Source of the DNA: Candidatus Eiseniibacteriota bacterium
Lineage (GTDB): Bacteria; Eisenbacteria; RBG-16-71-46
Assembly: GCA_031364845.1 (NCBI GenBank)
Contig: JANLWX010000091.1
Span: 1 to 45,162 of the forward strand
Direction of reading: 5' to 3'
DNA length: 45,162 nucleotides
Below are positions 9,563-18,332 of the stretch, piece by piece. Position numbers and translations under genes: made by a program. The notes below the pieces were generated by a model. The model made no database searches. It was not told the DNA's origin and saw only the letters and a list, made by a program, of their open reading frames with translations. Every line of letters begins with the position of its first letter. Position 1 is the first letter of the stretch.

Positions 9563-11134
9563 ATGAATCGCGCCTTGCATCCCACCGCGTCCGCTCCGCG
9601 ACCCGCGACGTCCGCCCCGCGCCCGAATCTTCGCGTGGAAGCGCTCGCGTGTCTGGCACTGGCGGTCATCGCCTTCATCACGTTTCGCGGCGCGCTCGGT
9701 TACTTCTTCAGTCAGGACGATTTCGAAGGGCTCGCGCGCGCACGAGGACTGCTCCCGCGCCTGCCGGGCCCGTGGCGGCTGTTGTCGAATCAGCTCTACT
9801 TCGATGGTATGCGCGCCATCGCAGATCTGAATCCGTTCGCCTATCACCTCGCGAGCCTGCTCGCCCACGCGCTCGTTACCGTACTGGCCTTCCGGTATCT
9901 GCGCGCGTGGGTCGCGGTGCCGGCCGCCCTGATCGGGGCGGGATTCTTCGCGGTGCATCCCGCTCTGTTCACCGCGCTCTACTGGATCTCCGCCGGCAGC
10001 ACGATCCATTCGGCGGCGTTCGGATTGCTCGCGCTGCTCGCCGAGCGCCGCGATGACCGGCGGCGCTGGCTTGCGGTTCCGTGTTACGCGCTCGCGCTGC
10101 TGGCGCGCGAAACGGCGATCGGGCTTCCGCTGGTGATGATTGCCGCGCGCCTCCAGACCCGGCGCGCGAGCATGAAGGATCCGGTGCTCGCGTCGCTGAT
10201 CGCCGTCGCGATCGTGTTCGTGTCGGGGATGATGATGAACGACGTGATCGGTCTCACTCAGTCGCGCGGCGCGGGAGCGGCGTACGGTGCGGGGATCGGA
10301 CCGCACGTGCTCGCCAACCTTGCGACCTATCTCGCCTGGAGTACGAACTTCCTGCTCGCGACGGTGCGCTCGTTCAGCGATGCCGTGGATCCGGGTGCCG
10401 TCCCGATCGCTCTGGTGATCGCCGCGGTGGCGATCGGCGGAGCGGCGCTGCGCCCCTTGCGCGTGCGCGGCTGGATCGTGGCGTGGACACTATTCGCCGT
10501 GTGGATCGCGCCGGTGCTCGTCCTTCAGCACCATACCTATCACTACTATCTCTACGGACCGCTGATCGGAATCGGATGGAGTGTCGCGATCGCGTTCGAT
10601 TCCATCGCGGCGATGATCCGCCGCCGCGCCGCTGCCCGTGCCGCGCGCGAAGGAAGCAGCACGTTCGCGTTTGCGATCGCCGCCATGCTCTCCGCATTGC
10701 TCGCATGGAACGGCGCCGCACTCGTGCGCAAGGTCGAGTTCCATCCGTTCGACGAGGGCTTGCGGTCCGACCCCACGGTCGACCGCGCGATCATCGCAGG
10801 CAACGTCCACGCGAGCCTCGCCGCCACACCGCTGCCGTCCGGAGTCACCTTGCGATTCTGGTCGCCGATGTCGATCGGACGCCAGCAATCGCGCGACCCG
10901 GGTGCGCCCGATCGCGAGTCCTACTGGGAAGGCAACGTGCGCGCGGCGATTCTCGATGGACTCGGAGTGCGGGTGTTGTTTCCCCAGGTGCGCGCGGTCG
11001 AGTTCGTGCGCCGGTTGTCCCCGGTGCGAGACTCGACGTGGTACGCGGTCTACCGGCCCGACGGTGGCCTCGGGCTCGCGTCCTATGCCCTGTTGGATTC
11101 CCTGGAACGGGCGAACGCGTCCGTCACCCCGTGA
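9563..11134 (+). CDS. Polytopic membrane protein, GT-C-type glycosyltransferase-like (TMTC/ArnT-like N-terminus)
   Basis: FFSQDDF acidic motif after TM1, NPFAYHLASLLAH, FFAVHPA...WIS, LLARETA (SKE-like), about 11 hydrophobic segments, soluble C-terminal tail. Confidence 0.6.
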   Translation: MNRALHPTASAPRPATSAPRPNLRVEALACLALAVIAFITFRGALGYFFSQDDFEGLARARGLLPRLPGPWRLLSNQLYFDGMRAIADLNPFAYHLASLLAHALVTVLAFRYLRAWVAVPAALIGAGFFAVHPALFTALYWISAGSTIHSAAFGLLALLAERRDDRRRWLAVPCYALALLARETAIGLPLVMIAARLQTRRASMKDPVLASLIAVAIVFVSGMMMNDVIGLTQSRGAGAAYGAGIGPHVLANLATYLAWSTNFLLATVRSFSDAVDPGAVPIALVIAAVAIGGAALRPLRVRGWIVAWTLFAVWIAPVLVLQHHTYHYYLYGPLIGIGWSVAIAFDSIAAMIRRRAAARAAREGSSTFAFAIAAMLSALLAWNGAALVRKVEFHPFDEGLRSDPTVDRAIIAGNVHASLAATPLPSGVTLRFWSPMSIGRQQSRDPGAPDRESYWEGNVRAAILDGLGVRVLFPQVRAVEFVRRLSPVRDSTWYAVYRPDGGLGLASYALLDSLERANASVTP

Positions 11135-11220
11135 CCTCGCCGGGCTCGGCGCACACGGGCCTCCAGATGATAGAGTCGGGCAACGATGCGCGGCCGCGCA
11201 TTTCACCTTCGGAGCACTCC

Positions 11221-12411
11221 ATGCTCACGCCGGCACGTCGCAGACGGTTCATGCTTCGGTTCACATGCAGTGCCGTGGCCTCGCTCGCGGCAGCGGCGTG
11301 CGCGCCGGCGCAGGACCGGCCGGTGGCGCCTTCGGGCCGGCTCCACCTCCAACAGGTCGCGAGCGGCCTCGATCGACCGGTCCACATCGCCGCACCCGCG
11401 GGTGACGCGCGCCTGTTCATCGTCGAGCAGAGCGGCCGGATCCGCATCCTCGCGGGCGGCAAGATGCTCGCGAAGCCGTTCCTCGATCTCTCCGGCCAGG
11501 TAGGCGAAGGCAGTGAGCGCGGACTCCTGAGCGTCGCGTTCCATCCGCAGTTCGCGCGCAACCGGTTCCTGTTCGTGAACTACACCGACCGTTCGGGAGA
11601 CACGCGGGTCGAGCGCTATCGCGTGGGCTCGAACACCAATGTCGTCGATCCGGCATCGGCCACGCTTGTGCTCCACGTCCGCCAGCCCTATTCCAATCAC
11701 AACGGCGGACACATCCAGTTCGGCCCCGACCACATGCTCTATGTGGGCATGGGCGATGGTGGCTCGGGGGGCGATCCGCAGCACAACGGACAGAATCTCC
11801 AATCCCTGCTCGGCAAACTGCTGCGGCTCGATGTCGACCGGGGAACACCGTACGCGATCCCGGCCGGCAATCCGTTCGCCGGAAAGACTCACGCGCGTCC
11901 GGAAATCTGGGCTTACGGGCTGCGCAATCCGTGGCGGCTCGCATTCGATCCGCCGGCAGGGCTCCTGTTCATCGGCGATGTGGGCCAGAACGCCTGGGAG
12001 GAAGTCGACATCGCCAGGACCACCGATGCCGGATTGAACTACGGCTGGGCGCGGATGGAAGGCGGGCACTGCTTCCGATCCCGCAATTGCGACCCGAGCG
12101 GCATCCATATGCCGGCGATCGAGTATCCGAGCAGCGAAGGCTGCACGGTGATCGGTGGTCTCGTCTACCGCGGCTCGCGCATGCCGGAGCTGGCCGGGCA
12201 CTACTTCTATGCGGATCACTGTCGCGGCTGGATCCGCAGCTTCCGCTACCGGAACGGCCGCACCACCGATGAGCGGCGTTGGACTCACGATGCGGATCTG
12301 CAGCCGACAACGTTCGGCACCGACGGAGCCGGTGAGATGTATGTGGCCTCGCTCTCGGGCGAGGTGTATCGGATCACGGTAGCGGCGGCCTCCGGCGGCG
12401 CTCCGAGGTGA
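11221..12411 (+). CDS. PQQ-dependent sugar dehydrogenase (GSDH/Asd-like beta-propeller), predicted Tat lipoprotein
   Basis: ERGLLSVAFHP, NHNGG, GMGDGG, GKLLR, YGLRNPW, DVGQNAWEE, NYGW. Start ATG 11221 with SD GGAG; RRRRFML twin-Arg motif plus AAAC lipobox. Confidence 0.88.
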   Translation: MLTPARRRRFMLRFTCSAVASLAAAACAPAQDRPVAPSGRLHLQQVASGLDRPVHIAAPAGDARLFIVEQSGRIRILAGGKMLAKPFLDLSGQVGEGSERGLLSVAFHPQFARNRFLFVNYTDRSGDTRVERYRVGSNTNVVDPASATLVLHVRQPYSNHNGGHIQFGPDHMLYVGMGDGGSGGDPQHNGQNLQSLLGKLLRLDVDRGTPYAIPAGNPFAGKTHARPEIWAYGLRNPWRLAFDPPAGLLFIGDVGQNAWEEVDIARTTDAGLNYGWARMEGGHCFRSRNCDPSGIHMPAIEYPSSEGCTVIGGLVYRGSRMPELAGHYFYADHCRGWIRSFRYRNGRTTDERRWTHDADLQPTTFGTDGAGEMYVASLSGEVYRITVAAASGGAPR

Positions 12412-13511
12412 AGCCCGCCGAGTCCTATCCCCGACTGATCGCGGTGGCGACCGCGCTCCCCTCCCACACGATCACGCAGCCCGAGGCGCGGGCATTCGTC
12501 GCGCAGTTGTTCCGCGACGCGCTCGGCGCCGATCCCGCGCGGCTGCTCGCGGTGTTCGACCATAGCGGCATCGCCACACGGCACGCCTGCATGCCGCTCG
12601 AGTGGTACTCGGTTCCGCACGACTTCGGCGATTCCAACGCGCGGTACGTCGAACATGCGCTGGCGCTCGCGGCCGAATGCGGGCGTGGCGCACTCGAGCG
12701 GGCCGGACTCGACGCCGGCGATGTCACGCATCTGATGTTCGTGTCCTCGACCGGCATCGCCACACCGGGCATTGATGCGCGGCTGGCGGCGACCGCGGGT
12801 TTCGCGCGCGACGTGAGGCGGGTGCCACTGTGGGGACTGGGGTGCGCGGGAGGTGCTGCCGGCATCGCGCGCGCCGCGGACCTCGCGCGCTCGCGTCCCG
12901 ATGCAGTGGTGCTGATGATCGCACTCGAGTTGTGTTCGCTCGCGTTCCAGCCGCGCGATCGTGACGTGCGCACGATCATCGCGAGCGCGTTGTTTGCGGA
13001 CGGCGCGGCGGCGGTGGTGGTGACGGGCGCGGATCACGCGAGCCCCGCGCGACGTTCGCCGGGACCGGTCATGGCGATCACCGCCTCGAGCAGCAATCTG
13101 TGGCCGGACACGGTGGACATGATGGGCTGGAACGTCGACGCGGACGGTCTGCACGTGGTGTTCTCGCGTGACATCCCGACCTTCGTGCGCGATGAGGTCC
13201 GTCCCGACCTCGAACAGTTCCTCGATCGCCACGGTGTTCCGCTCTCGAAGCTCGATCACATCGTCGCGCATCCCGGCGGGCCCAAGGTGCTGGCCGCCTA
13301 TTCGGAAGCGCTCGGTCTCGATCCCGAACGATTCCGCCACGCGCGCGCCGTGCTGAACGCGTGCGGCAACATGTCGTCGCCCACGTGCCTGTTCGCGCTC
13401 GAATCGGCACTCGCGACCGGCGACATCCACGCGGGAGACACCGCCGTGGTGGCCGCACTCGGCCCCGGCTTCGCTTCGGAATACGTGCTGATGCGAGCGG
13501 TCGCGGACTGA
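12408..13511 (+). CDS. Type III polyketide synthase (BpsA/SrsA/Pks11-like alkylresorcinol or alkylpyrone synthase)
   Basis: Catalytic triad GLGCAGG, HPGG, GNMSS; also ELCSL, LFADGAAA, ALGPGF. GTG start overlaps the upstream stop (GTGA). Confidence 0.92.
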   Translation: MKPAESYPRLIAVATALPSHTITQPEARAFVAQLFRDALGADPARLLAVFDHSGIATRHACMPLEWYSVPHDFGDSNARYVEHALALAAECGRGALERAGLDAGDVTHLMFVSSTGIATPGIDARLAATAGFARDVRRVPLWGLGCAGGAAGIARAADLARSRPDAVVLMIALELCSLAFQPRDRDVRTIIASALFADGAAAVVVTGADHASPARRSPGPVMAITASSSNLWPDTVDMMGWNVDADGLHVVFSRDIPTFVRDEVRPDLEQFLDRHGVPLSKLDHIVAHPGGPKVLAAYSEALGLDPERFRHARAVLNACGNMSSPTCLFALESALATGDIHAGDTAVVAALGPGFASEYVLMRAVAD

Positions 13512-13516
13512 GGACG

Positions 13517-14056
13517 ATGCCGCTCGCGCTCGGCGCATACCTGATCGTGCTGGCCCTCCAGCGCATCGCCGAGATGTTGCTCTCGAAGCATCATGCGCGC
13601 CTTCTCGCCGCCCGGGGCTCGCGCGAGTTCGGCGGACGGCACTTCGTGATGTTCGTGGCGCTCCACGCGCTCTATCCGCTGCTGCTCGTGGCGGAAGTGC
13701 TGATGCTCGACACGCGCCCGCCCGCGGCGTGGCCGATGTGGCTCGCGGCGTGGCTCGCAGCACAGGCACTGCGCGTATGGGCGATTGCGAGCCTCGGGAC
13801 GTTCTGGAACGTGCGCATCTGGGTGCTCCCGGGTACTGCTCCGGTCGCGCGCGGCGCCTATCGGTTCCTGCGCCATCCCAACTACGTCGCGGTCATCGCC
13901 GAGTTCATCGCGGCACCGCTCATGTTCGGGGCGTGGCGCACCGCAATCGTGTGCTCGGTGCTCAATGTCGTGGCACTCTGGATTCGCATTCCGGTCGAGG
14001 AGCGGGCGTTGCGCTGGGCGGCGGAGACGGCTCCGGCTCCGCGTCCGGTCGACTGA
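13517..14056 (+). CDS. Isoprenylcysteine carboxyl methyltransferase family (BpsB/SrsB-like)
   Basis: QRIAE, LGTFWNVRI, GAYRFLRHPNY, RIPVEERAL; 5 nt after the PKS stop, with SD GAGG. Confidence 0.9.
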   Translation: MPLALGAYLIVLALQRIAEMLLSKHHARLLAARGSREFGGRHFVMFVALHALYPLLLVAEVLMLDTRPPAAWPMWLAAWLAAQALRVWAIASLGTFWNVRIWVLPGTAPVARGAYRFLRHPNYVAVIAEFIAAPLMFGAWRTAIVCSVLNVVALWIRIPVEERALRWAAETAPAPRPVD

Positions 14057-14069
14057 AGGCGGGCGGGGA

Positions 14070-16373
14070 TCAGACCGTGCCGACCGCGACCTCGATGCGC
14101 GGCGCGCCCTCGTCGATCGCAGCTACCGGCTGCATGACCCGCAGCACCAGCAGCGTGATGTCGTCCTGCGCCTCGGTGCCGGCGAGGAACGAGCGCAGAT
14201 CGACCAGCACGCGGTCGGCGATGTCGCGCGCTGCGAGCCCGGGCGGCTGCGCCGCGACACACTCGCACAACCGCTGCTCGCCGTACTGCTCGCCGCTCGG
14301 ATCGGCGGCTTCGCTGATGCCGTCGGTGTAGAGGACGACGATGTCCCCCGGCGCCAGGCACACGCTCGCCTCTTCGAGCTCGAGTTGCTCGATGATGCCG
14401 AGAATGGTGCCGCCGCGTTCGAGGAATTCGCGCCCGCCGCCGGGCCGCATGACGACCGGCCAGTTGTGTCCGGCGTTGCAGAACGTCATCTGGAGCGACT
14501 CGCCGTCGATGCGCGCGAGGAAGAACGTCGCGAACTGATGGAGTGCCGTGCTGCGGTAGAGCAGCGCGTTCGTGTTGCGAAGAATCGCCGCCACCGACGA
14601 CACGCTCGCCGCCTGCGTGCGCAGCGATGCCTGCAGCATCGACGACAGCAGTGCCGCCGGCACGCCCTTGCCCGAGACGTCCGCGATCGCGACCAGAAAG
14701 CCGCCGTCGCCGGTCGGAACCACGTCGTAGAAGTCACCCCCGACGTGCTTGGACGGAATGTAGATCGCGTGGACTTCGCTGCGCGGCATCGGCGGAAACT
14801 CGGACAGCAGCGATCGCTGCTGGATCTGCCGCGCGAGGTTCAGTTCTTCCTCGAAGCGCGCGACCTCGACGCGGTCGCGCAGCAGCAGCGCGTTCTGGAG
14901 CGACACCGACACCTGGCCCGCGAGTGCGGTCAGCAGATTCACGTCCTCGGCGGTGTAGTCGGTGCCGAGCACCTTGTCGCCGAGCAGCAGGGCTCCCACG
15001 AGGTCGCCGCGCCACTGCAGCGGCACCAGCAGGCTCAGCTCCAACCCCGCGACCATCTCGTCCTGCTCCTCGCGGCTCACACCCTCGACGCGGTCGGTCA
15101 GCCGGTAGCTGGTCTGGCGCGTCGAGACCTTCGGCAGCACCCGGGCGAGCATCAGCCGCGCATCGGGACCGAGCGGCTCTCCCGCGCCGGTGTGGGCGAC
15201 CATGCCGCGCTGCGACAGCGCCACGATGTGCGCGTGCTCGAGGATCAGCGTCTCGGCGACCGTGTCGACGGTGCGGGCGAGCAGCACTTCGAGATCGATG
15301 GTGGTCTGCAGTTCGCGCCCGAGGTGGCGCAGCACGTTGCGATAGTCCGACGGGTCGCGCAGGAACACCTGATCCAGCAGCTCTTCGAGCCGCGCGATCG
15401 CCGGCTGGAACAGCGCCAGGGCGAGGATGAGCAACACCGGCTCCAGCACCTTGGCCTGGCTTCCGGTGATGGCGGTCAGATAGTGGTTCACCTGATTCAC
15501 GATCAGGAGGTAGAACCCGACCAGAACCCCCGAAGCGAGCGCGTAGAGGATGCCGCGCCGCGCGAGCAGCTTGGTGTCGAGGAACTTGAACCGCACCACC
15601 GAATACGCGATCGATCCGGGCCCGAGCGTGAGCGCCACGATCGTGAACGCCGAGCGCCATAGGTCGGGGATGCGGAAGTTGAACAGCGTCGGGAGCAGCG
15701 TGGCGACGCTGTAGCAGAAGATCGAAGCGCTCATGCCGACCGCGATTGCTCCGAGCTGGCGGCGCAGCCGGGGCACGCGGGCGCGGCGCAGGCTGTTGAA
15801 CAGGAGCGCGATCGAGCCGAGACCGAAGCCGAGGTTGACCAGCGAGAACAGCGCCTGATGGAACACCAGGAACAACCCGCCGAACACGCCGACCACCTGG
15901 AGGATCGGAGCGAGCAGGTGGAGCGGGCCCGACTGCGGCAGCGCGATGTTCGGCTTCCACAGCGTGATCACGACCATGAGCAGGAAGTGGAACACGTACG
16001 GTGCGAACACGAGCGTGGTGAAGCTGGGCGTCCAGATGCGCCGTCCGCCGATGCGCAGATTGGGAATGTCGGTGAATCCGCGCTCGTCCGGGAACACGCT
16101 CGCAAACGCGAACAGCGTCGGGAAGAAGAACTCCCACACGTACGCCATGTTCGTGAGCAGATCCGGCGCCTGCACGGGGGCGCCGGCCTTGGTGCCGCCG
16201 CCGAGGAATGAGAGGCCGGCCAGCACCGCGCCGAATCCGCCGAAGAACAGCATCATCGCGACCAGGCGATTCACGCGCTGGTGCGGGTTCTCGCGCAGGA
16301 TCACGAGCCCGAGGAGGAACACGAGTCCCCCGAGGCCCAGATTGAGCGTGCTCAGCGCGAGATGGGAGTCCAT
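14070..16373 (-). CDS. Membrane sensor-GAF-SpoIIE (PP2C/RsbU-like) serine phosphatase
   Basis: About 9 TM segments, GAF-like region, EEELNLARQIQ, GGDFYD, DVSGKG, NAGH, YTDGISE, DDIT. Confidence 0.9.
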   Translation of the reverse strand: MDSHLALSTLNLGLGGLVFLLGLVILRENPHQRVNRLVAMMLFFGGFGAVLAGLSFLGGGTKAGAPVQAPDLLTNMAYVWEFFFPTLFAFASVFPDERGFTDIPNLRIGGRRIWTPSFTTLVFAPYVFHFLLMVVITLWKPNIALPQSGPLHLLAPILQVVGVFGGLFLVFHQALFSLVNLGFGLGSIALLFNSLRRARVPRLRRQLGAIAVGMSASIFCYSVATLLPTLFNFRIPDLWRSAFTIVALTLGPGSIAYSVVRFKFLDTKLLARRGILYALASGVLVGFYLLIVNQVNHYLTAITGSQAKVLEPVLLILALALFQPAIARLEELLDQVFLRDPSDYRNVLRHLGRELQTTIDLEVLLARTVDTVAETLILEHAHIVALSQRGMVAHTGAGEPLGPDARLMLARVLPKVSTRQTSYRLTDRVEGVSREEQDEMVAGLELSLLVPLQWRGDLVGALLLGDKVLGTDYTAEDVNLLTALAGQVSVSLQNALLLRDRVEVARFEEELNLARQIQQRSLLSEFPPMPRSEVHAIYIPSKHVGGDFYDVVPTGDGGFLVAIADVSGKGVPAALLSSMLQASLRTQAASVSSVAAILRNTNALLYRSTALHQFATFFLARIDGESLQMTFCNAGHNWPVVMRPGGGREFLERGGTILGIIEQLELEEASVCLAPGDIVVLYTDGISEAADPSGEQYGEQRLCECVAAQPPGLAARDIADRVLVDLRSFLAGTEAQDDITLLVLRVMQPVAAIDEGAPRIEVAVGTV

Positions 16374-16400
16374 CGGCCGGCGTGGATCACGCCCGTCGGA

Positions 16401-16784
16401 TCAGGAGGCGCGTACCGCGCCGGCGGGTTCGGGACGCGCGTGGCGGGCCACCACCGTGGTGGTGATGCCGCCGCGGACGTTGAAGCGGCCGATCACCGAC
16501 ATCTTGCGCGGCTCGAGCGCGCGCACGAGATCGTCGAGGATGCGATTGGTGACCTGCTCGAAGTAGTGGCCCTCGTCGCGGAACGACCACAGGTAGAGCT
16601 TCAAGGACTTGAGCTCGATGCACAGCCGGTCGGGCACGTAGACCACGACGATCTCGCCGAAGTCGGGCTGCCCGGTCACCGGGCACAGGGCGGTGTACTC
16701 GGGGCATCGGTGCCGGATCACGTAGTCGCGACCCGGGGTCGGATTGGCGAACGTGACGAGTTCTTTGGTGGGCGTGGTGGGCAC
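16401..16784 (-). CDS. queF: NADPH-dependent 7-cyano-7-deazaguanine reductase (preQ1 synthase, unimodular type)
   Basis: [26 protein letters not shown] motifs; GTG start at 16784 with SD GGAGG. Confidence 0.93.
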   Translation of the reverse strand: MPTTPTKELVTFANPTPGRDYVIRHRCPEYTALCPVTGQPDFGEIVVVYVPDRLCIELKSLKLYLWSFRDEGHYFEQVTNRILDDLVRALEPRKMSVIGRFNVRGGITTTVVARHARPEPAGAVRAS

Positions 16785-16909
16785 TGAGCCTCCCGGTCTG
16801 GAACGTACGGTGCGCCGGGCGCGGAAAACGGCGCCGCACACACGGCAGAGCATAGTGCGCAAGGGTCCCGGTCGCGGTCAAGGGAGACACCATGCTATCG
16901 TCGGCGCCC

Positions 16910-18244
16910 ATGAAAAACGTGTTCCTGGAGACCTATGGCTGCCAGATGAACGTCGCCGACAGCGAAGTGATGGCGGGCGTTCTGGAGCGCGCCGGCATGA
17001 CGCTCACCGACCGGCCCGAAGACGCCGACGCGGTGGTGCTCAATACGTGCGCGATCCGCGAACACGCCGAACAGCGCGTGATCGGGCGGCTCGGAGAGTT
17101 CGCGCGATTGAAGCGCGCGAATCCGAAACTGGTGGTCGCGGTCGCGGGCTGCATGGCCCAGCACCTGCGCGGACGGTTGCTCGGTCAGGCGCGGATGCTC
17201 GATCTCGTAGTCGGACCGGACGGCTACCGCAACCTGCCCGACCTGCTGCTCCAGGCGGCCGGCGAACCGATCGCGCACACGCGGCTCGATCGCGACGAGA
17301 CCTACGGCGACCTCGAGCCCAAACGCGAACCCGGCGTGCGCGCATGGGTCACGGTGCAGCGCGGATGCGACAAGTTCTGCACCTACTGCGTGGTGCCTTA
17401 TACGCGCGGCCGCGAGCGCAGCCTGCCGCTCGCCGATCTCATGCGCCAGGTGCGCGCGGCCGTCGATGAAGGCTTCTCGGAGGTCGTGTTCCTCGGGCAG
17501 ACCGTGAATTCGTATCACGACGGGACGCACGATTTCGCCGATCTGCTGCGCGCGACCGACTCGATCGAGGGCTTGAAGCGCATCCGCTACACCTCGCCCC
17601 ATCCGAGCGACATGACCGACCGCGTGATCGCGGCGATGGCCGAGTGCTCGAAGGTGATGCCTCAGGTCCACCTGCCGCTCCAGTCGGGCTCGGACAGCCT
17701 GCTCGAGGCGATGAACCGCACCTACACGCTGGCCCAGTACCAGACCGTGGTCGAGCGGCTGCGCGCGGCGATTCCCGATCTCGCGCTCACGACCGACATC
17801 ATCGTCGGCTTTCCGGGCGAGACCGAAGCAGACTTCGAGCAGACCTCGGCCTATCTGCGCCAGACGCGCTTCGACGGCGCGTTCCAGTTCAAGTACTCGG
17901 CGCGGCCCGACACGAAGGCGTTTCGTTGGGAGGAGACGGTGAGCGAGGAGGAAAAGGGCCGGCGTCTCGAACGGCTGATCGCCGAGCAGCACGTGATCTC
18001 GGCCGAGCTCAACGATCGCTGGCTCGGGCGCGAGATCGAAGTGCTTGTGGAACACATCTCGCGCGGCCGTCCCGAGCAACTCTACGGCAAGAGCGCCCAG
18101 TTCAAGACGGTCGTGTTTCCCAACGACGGCACGCCGCCGGGCACGGTGACGAAGCTGCGTGTGGTCGGATCGACGCCAATCACGTTGTTCGCGGAACCGA
18201 TCGCGGTACAGGTGAACGAGCCGGGGTTGATCTCGATCGGGTAA
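16910..18244 (+). CDS. miaB: tRNA-2-methylthio-N6-dimethylallyladenosine synthase
   Basis: ETYGCQMN, NTCAIRE, GCMAQ, radical-SAM CDKFCTYC, TSPHP, TDIIVGFPGET, TRAM tail. Alternative start at ATG 16892. Confidence 0.95.
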   Translation: MKNVFLETYGCQMNVADSEVMAGVLERAGMTLTDRPEDADAVVLNTCAIREHAEQRVIGRLGEFARLKRANPKLVVAVAGCMAQHLRGRLLGQARMLDLVVGPDGYRNLPDLLLQAAGEPIAHTRLDRDETYGDLEPKREPGVRAWVTVQRGCDKFCTYCVVPYTRGRERSLPLADLMRQVRAAVDEGFSEVVFLGQTVNSYHDGTHDFADLLRATDSIEGLKRIRYTSPHPSDMTDRVIAAMAECSKVMPQVHLPLQSGSDSLLEAMNRTYTLAQYQTVVERLRAAIPDLALTTDIIVGFPGETEADFEQTSAYLRQTRFDGAFQFKYSARPDTKAFRWEETVSEEEKGRRLERLIAEQHVISAELNDRWLGREIEVLVEHISRGRPEQLYGKSAQFKTVVFPNDGTPPGTVTKLRVVGSTPITLFAEPIAVQVNEPGLISIG

Positions 18245-18245
18245 C

Positions 18246-18276
18246 CCGCCGCGTTGAAAACGCGGCGGAGTCTTCT
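18246..18276 (+). terminator. Terminator after miaB
   Basis: CCGCCGCGTT-GAA-AACGCGGCGG stem followed by AGTCTTCT. Confidence 0.55.
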
Positions 18277-18332
18277 CGTCGGACGCGACGCCCACTCGAC
18301 GCGATATCGTCGTCGATGGCACAGTGTCGGGC

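Noticed and set aside
10081..11220. N-terminal 380 aa of the 776-aa ORF 10081-12411
   Set aside because: Out-of-frame overlap with the GT-C-like gene. The real GSDH start is 11221 (SD plus Tat/lipoprotein signal), so this is not a fusion.
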